A stretch of 64,000 nt of DNA from Amoebophrya sp. A120 (lineage: Eukaryota; Protista; Dinoflagellata), in NCBI GenBank assembly GCA_905178155.1, contig CAJINV010000005.1, positions 2,172,054 through 2,236,053 on the forward strand, in the 5' to 3' direction. Positions 52,192-63,553 of the stretch are shown here, in pieces (the first letter of the stretch is position 1; each line of letters begins with the position of its first letter). The notes under the pieces were generated by a model. That model saw only the letters and a program-made list of their open reading frames with translations. It was not told the origin of the DNA and did not search any database. Made by a program: the position numbers and the translations under genes.

Positions 52192-52937
52192 GGGCCGAAG
52201 GTTTTGCTGTGTCACTGAAGAGCACGGGGGTGAATTACTCATGTACCGGCCGTGACACGTAGTACGAGACGACCACGACACTGGAATTGTAATCTAAGAA
52301 GCGACAAGAAAGACAACAAACTACGAGCAAAATGAAGACTATGAAAAGAACCAACACCGGCGTCCATCTACAATGCGATGGCACTTTCCTTCCACCTTTG
52401 GGTAATCGTTACTGTTCGTGTCTATGCCTTGCTTCCGATCGTTGCAAATGAAAGTGTGTGATCTTCAAACGCGCAACCAATTTTTGCTCGAGTTACTGAT
52501 TTTGTATGGAGAAGGAAGTAATTTTTGCAAAACGGGATCCATGTTTTCCTTTCCCTCCACTCTTTCTTTTAAACTCGCTTTAACAGTAATGCAAAACTGC
52601 GAGCAGTTGAATGCGAACTCAATCACGCGACCCCTTGTCATTTCATCTACCAGGACCACATTTTAATTTTATTCTCCACAACAACATTATTCGAGCCCCA
52701 CCAACCTAACGAGATCACACCCCGAGACCTCGACCAACAACAGAAAGAACCCCGCAACAAAGTAGAACCCTAAATAACAAACTTTCTGCGAATACCAGTA
52801 CTATGAAGCATATGGCGATGATCCGCAAAGGGCCTAGTTTTTTGTGAGTAAGGTCGTATTACAACAGTTTTTTTCATGAAGTTGTAACAAGTTGAAACTT
52901 CATATAGACACCGCACGACCGCGACTCCCAACACACC

Positions 52938-54398
52938 ATGTCGTACGGGTGGCTGACCGAGGCGGCAATCCTTCCGAAGGACAAGCCGGAGATCATTGAG
53001 TCGCAAAACAAGTCCGCGCTGAACGACTTCAAAAAGCTGGTGAATGCCCGGAAGGAGGAGGAGCAGCTGACCACCGACCGGGCGCCGAAAACCAAACGGC
53101 AGCGGATTCTGGAGAAAAACGGGATCGACCCGGAGGACGAGGGGGCGGACGGGGGTTTCGATCCGAATCTAAAGAAATCGTTTAAGGAGACGGAAGAGGA
53201 ACGGGAGAAAAGGATTGCGAAAGAAAAAGCAAAACAGGCAAAGAAAAATGCGGGAGAGGAGAAAAAAACCGCATCCGGAGGTTTAGGAGCGTCCACGGCG
53301 GAGCAGGACAAGCTTCGGAAGCAGAAACTGGCGGAGAAAGCGGCGTACTACGAGCGGTTGCGGCGACAGGGCACGGAAATGGAGCACGAGGAGGCGTTGC
53401 TGGCGCCGAAGAAGGAGGAGGAGAAAGCTGTATTAACAGAGGAGAAAAACGACATTGATGACAAGGACGCCGCTTTCGAGGAATCCAATTTGGTTGCGCA
53501 GTTGGAGTTCGACGAGAGTTTCAACGAGTTGCAGCAGTTTTTGGACGGCAGTGACGGAAGACCTCCGGGAAATAAAGGAGGACAACAACCTCCAACTGGT
53601 ACTGCTTCTACTGCGTCAAGTTCCTTTGGTGCTGGAAAAGGTAGTTCTTTCAAGGGCAACGCGAAGAATAATCCTAACATGGTCCCACTTGGAGGTGCTC
53701 CCAGCCAGACGTTATCCCGCCCCTCCCCGAGTAGTTCCTTCTCCTCCTCCGCATTGCCGAAAGCGGCCGGCCACGGGATGTTTTCGAAAGCCGCGCCGAT
53801 GCGAAAACCTCCAGATAGCCAGATGTGGTCGATGCCCGAACTACAGCAGCAAAATAATGATCTGCCACCTGTGAACCCGATGCTGCAGCTCCAAATGGAC
53901 AACATGCTCCCCTCCGGTCTTCCCCAGCTCCCCGAAGTCCCGCAGATCCGGCCGGGGATGAGCGATCTGGAAAGGCAACAGTTAATGGTGCAGCAGCAAC
54001 TCCTGATGGTGCAGCAGCAGCAGGAATTGTTAAAACTCTCGCAAGCGACCGGAATCCCCGTCCCCGCTTTCCCCCAGATGCCAGCACCGCAGATCAGCAA
54101 TGGAATCGTGCTAGGGAACGTCGCGACGGTGTTTGCGAGTAAAGGCACCGGGAAGAAGGGCAAGAAGGGAACAAAGGGGGAACAAATTATGCCCGCAGAG
54201 GAGTTAGAGGAACTGGCGAAGCAAGTCGTGCGGCATTCCGATGAAGACGCGGGGCCGCAGCCGACGGCCAGTCACGCCGTGCAGACGGTGCCGGGAGTGG
54301 GGTTCGTGTTAACGGCGGATGTGGAAGCAGATGCGGAGAAAGTGATGGGCGCGAAGGCGAGATTCGCGAAGAAGGCGGCGCAGAAGGAAAGTGGCTGA
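52938..54398 (+). CDS. Hypothetical coiled-coil protein, possibly CCDC174-like
   Basis: 486-aa single ORF; GWLTEAAILPK and KLAEKAAYYERL resemble, from memory, CCDC174-type proteins. Confidence 0.6.
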   Translation: MSYGWLTEAAILPKDKPEIIESQNKSALNDFKKLVNARKEEEQLTTDRAPKTKRQRILEKNGIDPEDEGADGGFDPNLKKSFKETEEEREKRIAKEKAKQAKKNAGEEKKTASGGLGASTAEQDKLRKQKLAEKAAYYERLRRQGTEMEHEEALLAPKKEEEKAVLTEEKNDIDDKDAAFEESNLVAQLEFDESFNELQQFLDGSDGRPPGNKGGQQPPTGTASTASSSFGAGKGSSFKGNAKNNPNMVPLGGAPSQTLSRPSPSSSFSSSALPKAAGHGMFSKAAPMRKPPDSQMWSMPELQQQNNDLPPVNPMLQLQMDNMLPSGLPQLPEVPQIRPGMSDLERQQLMVQQQLLMVQQQQELLKLSQATGIPVPAFPQMPAPQISNGIVLGNVATVFASKGTGKKGKKGTKGEQIMPAEELEELAKQVVRHSDEDAGPQPTASHAVQTVPGVGFVLTADVEADAEKVMGAKARFAKKAAQKESG

Positions 54399-55308
54399 GT
54401 TTTTGTGAATGTCCGGCTGGCGGAGCCAGAGGCAGACACAACACAGGCTCTACGCGGCAGCACTTTCTTTGGAGAAGATGAATCTCTTTGCGATAAAGAA
54501 TTTTGGGTCTGTGAGCAGTAAGTATCCAACAATTGAAACGACGGCAGCACTGAGGTCATTCATTATCTATGAGATGAGACTGAAAAACGACTGAAAAGCG
54601 AGAGAGTAAAGTCATTTGCTACTCATTCAATGTTGTTTGTTGTGTTTAAGAGAAGCAAAAGCACGATTTTGATTTCCAAGTGGCAGGGGGCTGTGACTTC
54701 TTTGTGGTACACCGGAACACATTTTGTTCGCTGAGAGGCTGCTTCCAAAGTGGTCGCTTTATCGGTCGAAGGTGTTGTGAAGTTCATAGGTTTTTCGATC
54801 TAAAGTTTTGATTGTAGGTCAGTACCTGCAAACGTCGATTGGAAAATACGGGGCAAAACGCAGAAAAACGCATGACAGGCCCTCTCCCGGAAAAGTAAGC
54901 GCTTCTTCTGAAACTGATCTTTTCCCCCGAGAAAGATCTTTCTCGACCATTTCTTTAGTGCTGTGTTACTTGTAACGCTATTCGCCGCGGCCGGTTACGG
55001 TTTGGTGCCATTTTTGTTACCTTTTCATCAGGCACTGTCATTCGGGTGAGGACAAATAGGGCCGGCAGAGGAGCAATTTTTGAGGGAAAATTGACTGTAC
55101 CCCGAATAGAACAACCTGTATTCTATCACCTTCGTCAAGATTGTCACTTCTGTAGCTGCCTCGCAGCAGGAAGTGAGCCCGGCTTTTCCTCCCCCAACTA
55201 GTTTTTCACACCAGTAAAAATTTGATGATGTTGTACACAAGAACGTTGCCCCTAATCGAAGAAGCTTAAGCTTTCCCCCCCCCCAAAGCCAAACAATTCA
55301 AGCACAAA

Positions 55309-57806
55309 ATGTCGTACTCGCTCTCCTTCAAGACCAAGGAGGGCGAGAGCTTCACGCTCGATGTGGAGAGCTCCGCCGAAAAGATAGAGGATTTGAAGGT
55401 GCGGCTGATCTCGATGGACGAAAGCTTCGAAGAGTGCACGCTGCTGTTTAAAGGCAAGATCTGCAAGGACGACAAAACGCTGGAAGACTGCGGCATGGTA
55501 TCGGGCGCTGCGGGCAACGTGGTCGTCATGCGGAAAAAGGGGAAAGTGCCAGCCAGCAAAGCCGCGGAGCAAGCTGCAACAGCGGCGAGTGCTGCCGTAG
55601 TGCCGCCAGGAACAGCACCCGCAGGTGGAGCTTCCGCAGCGCCACCCGCAGGGGGACCCTCCGCACCACCACAGGCTCCTGCGGCGGAGAAGGTCACAAT
55701 AGACCCGGCGGTGGTAGAGACGATAATGGCGATGGGGATCTGCGCCGATCGGGCGTACGTCGAGCAGATGCTGCAGAAGACTAAGGGAAATGCGGATCTC
55801 GCGATGGCGTGGATTCTGGAGCCGGAGCAAATGCTGCAAGAGGAACAGCAGCACAGACAAGCGCGCCGGCAGGCACGCGCGCAGCAGCAACAACAGAGCG
55901 TGAGCGTGCAGCCCATGCGGGTCGGGGTGGAGAAGTGGAGCGACATGATTCAGGACGGGGTTCTGGTACATGACACTTAGGGAGTTTTTTAAGCTGAAAA
56001 GTCGAATGTTTGTGATGCATTGGATTCTGACGTAGGTGCAGAAGCGAAGCAGGCATGAAAAGCAAGTGGAAGATTTATGCAACAGAGGACGACGTCGATT
56101 TACAACAACAGATAAACGGCGCCACCTCCGTCCAAGACGCAGCAGCGTATTTGGATAACAACAGCAAAGAATGCATTCTCCTGCTCCTGGGCGGCGCGAC
56201 GGAAAGGAATAGTCGCGGCATGGTGCAGCACCTGCAGATGATCTACGCCATGGCCGAGCCACAGCTGTGCATCCTGTACGTGCCCTTCATGGATCAGGAT
56301 GAAGCGAAGTTTGGCGATTTCATCCGAGTATAGAAGTTGCCTCTAAATGGTGTCGTGATTTTGCCAGTTCCAGGCACAGTTAAGTGTGAAAAAGCACAGC
56401 TTTTGAAAAATATAGACTTTCGTTCTCGTTGCATGATGATGGCGTGCGTGGTACTAGATAGCACCAGCGTCGAACCTCGCGCCAAAGGCCGCGTGCACAC
56501 AAAATACACAAACAAAACAGACCATGCCGTGGGGCTCTCTCAAATTCAACTCGCCGTCGATGAAGCTTTTAGACGCGCGCTTCTCCCTTCGCTACAGCCA
56601 CGGTTCCGTTTTGATCCAGAAATCCACCGGGCACGTCCTGTCCTACGGTGCGGTCAATGACATGCTGCTGCACAACTTTGACTACAACACGGCAAAACAG
56701 CACTGGCTCGCCAGGGGGCACATCGTCAGGCCAGCGCCGTTCACGAAAGAGAATCCAACGGGGAAGGGCACTGGCGCGGTCTCGTCAACGGGCGCGGGGG
56801 CAGGCGGAGGTACTTACTTGCGGACTGTCTTTTGATACGTGTGATGAGGATGTCGTGAGAACAAGCTGGGATTTTCTTGCATAATCGGACTCTCGTCATT
56901 GAAAACTCTAGTATTGAGGGTCGTATGAATCTCCGCTAACTTCTACAGGCCAACCCGCGGTCGCGCCCCCGGTTGTTCCGCAGCCCGTCGCGGCACCACA
57001 GGCTGCCGTGGCCGCCGCGGCGAAACCTACCCCCGCGACGTCATCTTCCGGTCCCGCTGCAACCGCGGTTTTACCGGGTGGGAATCCCGCACTGGAGTTG
57101 GTAAAAGTCCAGGACGCGGTCAACGAATTCTGCGAAGTCGGAGACTATACGCAGCAAGAAGAATTCTTCGCAACACTCTTGAAAGTGCTAAACAACATCG
57201 CCGCTACGCCAACCGAGCAGAAGTTCCAGGCGATAAAAAACACGAACGCGAAGCTGTTCGGACCGTTTGTGGCGAGAGTAGAGGATCCGAATGCGATGGT
57301 GGATGTAAATCCAGCGCCGGTTGGAGGTAAGGTTTTGGATTTTACAAGGGTGTTTCTCAGATTGTGGTTTCTTTGCATGACAGATAGTTGTAGAGCAAAA
57401 GTTCCTACAGCTCGCCGCAATAATTTAAAGATTCCGCGACGGACCAAAAAATATGCATATGGTCGCCGGACCAGGTCCAGGATCTCCGATTCTCAATTTC
57501 CGCTTTTGACAACTAACAGACCGCCCCGGAATCGCGGTGCTATCCATCGCGCACTTCGCGCCCGATGGCGACTTCGTGCGCTGGAACGCCAGTGCGCCGA
57601 ATGCGCTCCCGGATTTGATCGCGTTGCGAAACCATTTGGTCACCATCGCGAAGAAATCTAGTGAGCGGAAATTTAGATTCGAGCGGGACCAAAAGATCGC
57701 GGTCGAGATGGAAAAGGACAAAGGGAGACAAACGAAATATGGCGGAGCGGAAGGCAGCGGAAAGATGACCCTTGGGCAGGACAGGAGGAAGCGCGGTGGC
57801 GGCTGA
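55309..57806 (+). CDS. Ubiquitin-like + UBA + thioredoxin-like + PUB domain protein
   Basis: UBL (LLFKGKICKDDKTLEDCGM), UBA (VETIMAMGI...GNADLAMAWIL), nucleoredoxin-like (DQDEAKF...MPWGSLKF), PUB (TLLKVLNNIAATPTEQKFQAIKNTN); 4 introns, first boundary uncertain. Confidence 0.68.
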
Positions 57807-58177
57807 GGCTAGGCACACGGTCGCTACTTTTCAACTTGGAGCGAACGTGTGCTTTTGAAACAGATGTAGAACTTTTTTAGCTGATCAGATTGATTCTGAG
57901 ATCAGCGGCTGAACTACGCAAAAGTGCTGAGTGTTTGAGATCGTCGTGTAGCGCCAGTCCACCTCCGTCGTTTTGTTGGGGGCTGAGCGACGTTGTGCTG
58001 CACAAGAACCGAGAGAGAGTCTTTCTATCAGGGCTTTTAAAGCTTTTGATGTTCTTCTCGTGACGAAGTGGAAGATGAGTTCCTCTTTTGTGAGGCCTCT
58101 TTCGCTTCTGATTTAGAATCACTGGATAGAAGGATGTAATTACTACGGTCTTCTTTTTTTAGGTTTCTGATTCATTA

Positions 58178-58217
58178 TCGCTGAAAATCCAATATCTCGC
58201 TGAAAATCCAATATGCT
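58178..58217. repeat. 19-bp tandem duplication
   Basis: TCGCTGAAAATCCAATAT twice, upstream of RPL35A. Confidence 0.6.
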
Positions 58218-58838
58218 AAAGAAGCGACAAACTCAAAATCTCCAATCCAAATCGAAAACTTGCTTTCCTGCAGGTGGGTCGGGAAGAATTAAGTTCGAGT
58301 ATCTGAGTGCGCGTCGCATTCAAGGCGAAATCTAAACTCTCGACTTTGTCTGTGTTTGTCCTAACCTGTCGGTCTCTTTCTAAATCGTGACTTCCTGCCG
58401 GTGACGAGCAAAGCTGTGAAAAGACATGATCCTACACTCCAAAATCGTGCCAAACTATTCGTTCCTGAAATGCCCAATAGACCGATCGCACGCTATAGAT
58501 TATGGTCAAGATTTAGATCTGGAATAGCTGTTCCCTGACATGACATCGAGGACTGGATCCAAATTGATCGTGCCCTTCAGTGGTGATGATCTCAGATTTC
58601 CACCGATCTAAAGAATCGTGATGAGTGATCTGTAAAAGATTAGTGGCCGTGGATTAGATCAAAGTCAAATGCTAGCCTAGATGGAAGCTGTGCCACACTG
58701 GAAAAGATGAACGAAGCCAACTGCGAAAAGCATATCATGATCATCTGAAAAGGGATTTTCATCAACTTTTTCTCTTTTATCTCACAGGGACAGTAGTGGT
58801 AGGACACACTTACTAGGACCACTTCCTCGAAACCAAAA

Positions 58839-59481
58839 ATGGTGAAATCCACCCCGACCCGGCTCTACCAGAAGGGCGTCATCACGTCCTACAAGCGGGC
58901 CCGCAAGGACCTCACCCCTCGTCAGTGCCTGGTCAAGATCGAAGGTAAAAGAAAGAAGACTTATGTCAAAGTGCAATTTTCGCATGACAGCATCTACTTC
59001 GCTTATTTCATGAAATCTAAATTCCGCATGACGAAAGTTTTTGATACCAATGTGAATTTTCCCCAACACAAACAAAACACTCAGGTGTCAACACCCAAGA
59101 GCAGACCAACTTTTACAAGGGAAAAAAGGTGGCTTTCGTCTACAAGTGCAAGAAGGAGAAGAAGAACTCCAAGTTCCGGTATTGATAGATTTAGATTTTG
59201 ATTTTTTCGCATTACAGGTGTCTTTTCTCAAGTTCAGCATGCATGGAAATAAGTCGGTTTCTCACTGTCAAATTGTCATGCGAAGGAACGAGAGAAGTTT
59301 GATTTGGTATTTATTCAAAAACCACACGATCATCTCGAAAAAACAAAACAGCGTCATCTGGGGCAAGGTTCGCCGCGCTCACGGACACAACGGTATGGTG
59401 CGTGCTGCTTTCTCCACCAACTTGCCGTGCACCGCTTTCGGCGCCCCGTGCCGCATCATGATGTACCCCTCCAACATCTAA
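58839..59481 (+). CDS. RPL35A: 60S ribosomal protein L35a (eL33)
   Basis: RLYQKGVITSYKR, LVKIEGV, FYKGKKVAFVYK, VIWGKVRRAHGHNGMVRAAF, RIMMYPSNI; two GT-AG introns. Confidence 0.95.
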
Positions 59482-60167
59482 ATGGTTCGGGAGTCCAAGG
59501 ATGCGAACTTGTGATCCGGGATTTTTTCTGCATCACAAACGGAACAATTTCACATGCGAGAACGTACTAGAAAAATGCGGAGAAATGCTCTCGAATGACG
59601 ATGTGTGAACAGAAGGAGAAGTCCTAGTGTCTGTGGTGTCTATGTGGTCCTACTCTGTAAAAGCGAAGAAGTGCAACTTTTGGAGTTGCTGTGCGTCGAC
59701 GGGAGCGTATGACTAAAGAGATTGCGCTAATATTGTTCATTGTGCGACATGTCAGCCTGTGAAGACGTTGATTTCCGAGAGTTTGTTTTCGGTTCACCTT
59801 TTGGTTAATATCGGTTTTGGCTCGTTTTGGAGCTTTCACGCACAGATATGATGCATACCGGACCGTCCGCTTGTCACGCACAAACGTATTTTTTGAAACG
59901 AGATCAGTTTTTTGCTTTTGCGGATCAAATGTATTTACTTAATCTAGTCACCGCCGTATCGGAAATTTTTCGGCGGATAAGCCAATGGATATTATCGGTC
60001 GTGCGTCTTCTTCACTTTCTGATTTTGCATGCAGGCGCCAGAAGTTGGAGCCTTGCGGCAATAGGCGCGAAACCTGCTGCGTCATTGCCTGCGGCTGGTT
60101 TGTGTTTTTTTGAGAAAACTTTCTTCACCGGTAGTTCGCGTCTGAGTGAAAACATACAAAAAAGAAG

Positions 60168-63100
60168 ATGGAGGCAGCCCTGAGTGCTTTGACTTCCACC
60201 GGCGCTACTAGCAGCTCGTCGTCGTCAGTGTCGCGGAAGATTGACGTGCAAAAATCTAGAAATGCGGCTGCTCATCCACGCAATTCCACCCACGGTCCAG
60301 CAGCACTGCTGCGGAAAAGCTGGGAAGTGCGAGGTCTTCAGGAGCGAGCGAGGAGATATAACTTTCGGTCTACATTCTCTCCCGCAAAGCGCATCGCTCG
60401 ACTTTTTGGGACAATACTAGCACCTCGGACCGCAAAACAAGCGCAAACACAACTCGAGCCGGTCTCTGCGCCAGCCTCTATCGCGCGGAAGACACGTAAT
60501 CGTAGGAAGCGTCGAGTACGAAAGAAGATTATGAGTGACACGAGTAACAGAAGAATTATCAGGAGTCTCACAGCTGCTGCCACATTTTGTATCTTCACGA
60601 TTCTCAATACGACCCATCCAACTCTCGCTGGCGACTACGATGTGTCTGCGTGGACAAACTGGCCCGCACTTGCCGGTCTTCGCTGCGAAGAAATGGTTGA
60701 TTTTTACCCGGTTGGCGCAGAAGGTATGGATTGGCACGATGATATCGGTAGGGACGCGGTCAGACTCTGCGCCCATGTCGAGGAATGCGCGGGGATTATG
60801 CAGTACGTAGGGGAGCAAGAAACCGGGACGTTTTTCTGGAAGGGTAGGCCGCAATTCTGCAAAGCGGGCGACGGAGAGGGAAACAAGTTCCCGATTGTAA
60901 AGAAAAACCACGACTGGGTGACAATCTACAAACCGGAGTACCTCTTCCGCGGCTGCCCCGAAAAGTACCCGACGTGCAAAATCGGCGCGGATCCGTGGCT
61001 GTTGGGCGGTGGGGAGCAAGAGCTTGCAGCTGCAACCGGTGCTGAAAGGAAAGCTGCGTCAGCAGCCGCTCCTGGTCCATCTAGCACACAGCTGGATCCG
61101 ACCGCAAACTATGACTACGTCTTCACGTCGTCCCTCGACATGCCGTTTTTCGCGAAGAAGGGAAAGTACATCCACCTGGACATGCGGGAGTTCACGGGGA
61201 AGGGGCTTGGCGCGTCAGAAGCGAAAGCAGGCTTCATGTCGGTTTTCTTTGACCACTACGATGCGGTATGTCCGGGCGGGATCGACATTCACATGGCGAT
61301 TGAGGAGATGGGGTTGGACGACGTGTACATAGACGACGGCACGCCGAAGGAGAGGAAGAAGGCTTTCGGGCCGTATCAGTTTACGTTTTTCTGCGGGAAC
61401 TTCCACAACGAGACGAGCTATCCGCCACAGGCTTTGGTGGATACGTTTGTGCTCGGGAGTTTGCCTCTCGTTCCGTATGAATTGTATCGAGATTTGGCGA
61501 AATTCCACTTTCACCTACCGGACGCGGGGCAGGGGGTGAGGCGCCTACGATTGAAGTCCGCCGAGGATTACTTGAGTGACTTGGCGGGGAATCCGAAGAA
61601 AGAGGAATTGATGGCTTACAAGCAAACATTTTTACTCGTCATGCAGAACTTGCTTGCCTACCGGTACCGAATAACGGCGCCAGAGCGGATTGCGAACGGG
61701 ATGTGTCAGTTGTGCAAGATCAAGGAAAACGACAAGGACGGAGGTACAGTGAGTTTCAGGATAAGAGTGGTGATCTCCAAGGAAATTTTCGAGTGATGGG
61801 TTTGGAGATAATTTCTGCATGAGAAAGCCGCCTGCGGATGAATGAACGCGTAACACAAATTCAAATCATGACAGACAACATCAAATACGGGTTCGCGATC
61901 ATGAGCCGGCGCAACCAGAAAGAAGTTCGCGCGGGCGTCCGCCGCACCTGGGCAAGTTGGATCCGCCGGAGTGGGCACTTTTTCGAAAAGTGGACGTCGC
62001 TGAAAATGAGCCAGGTAATGAGGAAGAAAATTTGTTTTGCTACCGCCCGCGTCAAAGCAAAAAATTCATTTTGCATGCACCGTAGAAAGGAAAATACTCT
62101 CGTCATAAGTATCTATCTTCAGGTTGACTACCGCTTCTTCGTGGGACACCGGGGTCCGGACAATCCAAACGACATTGACGACGAGCCAGATGTGGAAGAA
62201 GTTGGGGTTGTCGAGTCCTACCGCACCATCAACGTGAAGGCGCTCTCGATGGTTGCGCGGGCGAACGAGTTGTGGCCGAAACTGACGTTTCTCCTCCGCT
62301 GCGACGACGACATTTACTTGCGTGTTTTCCCACTTTTGTACCACTTGGAGCGCCGCACGCCCGTCATGTACTGGTGGGGCAATTTCGACCACGGCAGCAA
62401 CGTGGTGCGGAATGAAACCCATCCGCACTACAACACCTTCACGCAATTACCGGAACAAGCGCACCCGATGTGGGGCGATGTCTTCCCGTTGTACGCGCGG
62501 GGGTCGCTTTGGATCATGAGCAGTGATTTACTCGAAAAGGTGGTCGAGGCGTTTCGGGAGGAGGAAAACGCTTACAAGAAGGGGGGCGACGCAAATTTGG
62601 CGGAACTCGCGAGAACCATTCCGCACCCGGACGACCCCATGATGGGGATTTTTGTGGAGAATCTGGTGGATCGAGGGACGAACATCAATGTGGACGATAG
62701 AGATTGGAATTTGTTCTCGTTGAACCCCTCGTGTGATGCGAAATTCTCCATGCTGCACGAACGGACCTGGATTATCCACCACGTCAACGCGGAAACCATG
62801 GACTGCTTCTTCGACATTGACATGAAGAACTTCACCGCGTTCCCGACCCCGTTTCCGTTACAAAGGGACTTGCCGTCGCTCTGCACCTGCGCGATGAATG
62901 TGACGGAGGAAGACAACGGAGACTGGGACGAATTGGAAGATCTGGCGCCCGGGCAGGACCACTGGTACCCGAGGAAAAGATTCAACCCAGAACTAGAATT
63001 CGTGGACGAACGGGATCAGGAGGAGGACGTTGCCACGTTGGACGCGCCGTCTTCTAGAAGTAGTGCTGGGAAAAGCACCAGCAGCAGTGGTTCATCTACT

Positions 63101-63553
63101 GAGGAAGGTCGTGCAAGAACAGATTCAGACAGCCCAACCGCTGCGTCGGAAGAGGATCAAGAATCGTCTGACGGTGCGCCATATCAAGTGTAAAAATGGC
63201 TGGGTCTGGAAGAGTGCGCGACTTGTTATGCAGCTTTTCCATGACCCATGAGGTCTGGAATGCAGGACCTAGCGTGACAGATTCTGTGCGATCTCTTTCA
63301 TGCCTATCCTGCGTGAGAAACTCCCTTGCGACTTGGTCAAAACTGGGCGACTTTTGGCAATCATGCAACACAGATTTTTGCATTCTTCAGATTTAGCATG
63401 ACAAGTTGCATTCTTCCAGACCCAGACATTTTTACATTTGATACGCCATCCGCTGCGGAATCTTCGGCGGGGTCTGAGGGAGCGGTAGAGGAACCGGTGG
63501 CTACTGAAGATGCTATTGGAGTGGGAGAGCCAACTTTGGTGGAGGAAATGTGA
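60168..63553 (+). CDS. GT31 (beta-1,3-galactosyltransferase-like) glycosyltransferase with long N-terminal extension
   Basis: FAIMSRRNQKEVRAGVRRTW, ESYRTINVK, FLLRCDDDIYL, FPLYARGSLWIMSSDL, PDDPMMG; two GT-AG introns and one introner; start may be ATG 60531. Confidence 0.78.
63182..63443. mobile_element. Introner family A
   Basis: Family A TIRs; TSD CGCCA; removal gives SDGAPSAAESS and extends the CDS to the stop at 63553. Confidence 0.92.

Noticed and set aside
292-63443. Recurrent peptides CKNVWVWK, KMSGSGR, LPDPDIF, FQTQTFLHL as a protein repeat family
   Set aside because: They are six-frame translations of the family A TIR, not coding sequence.
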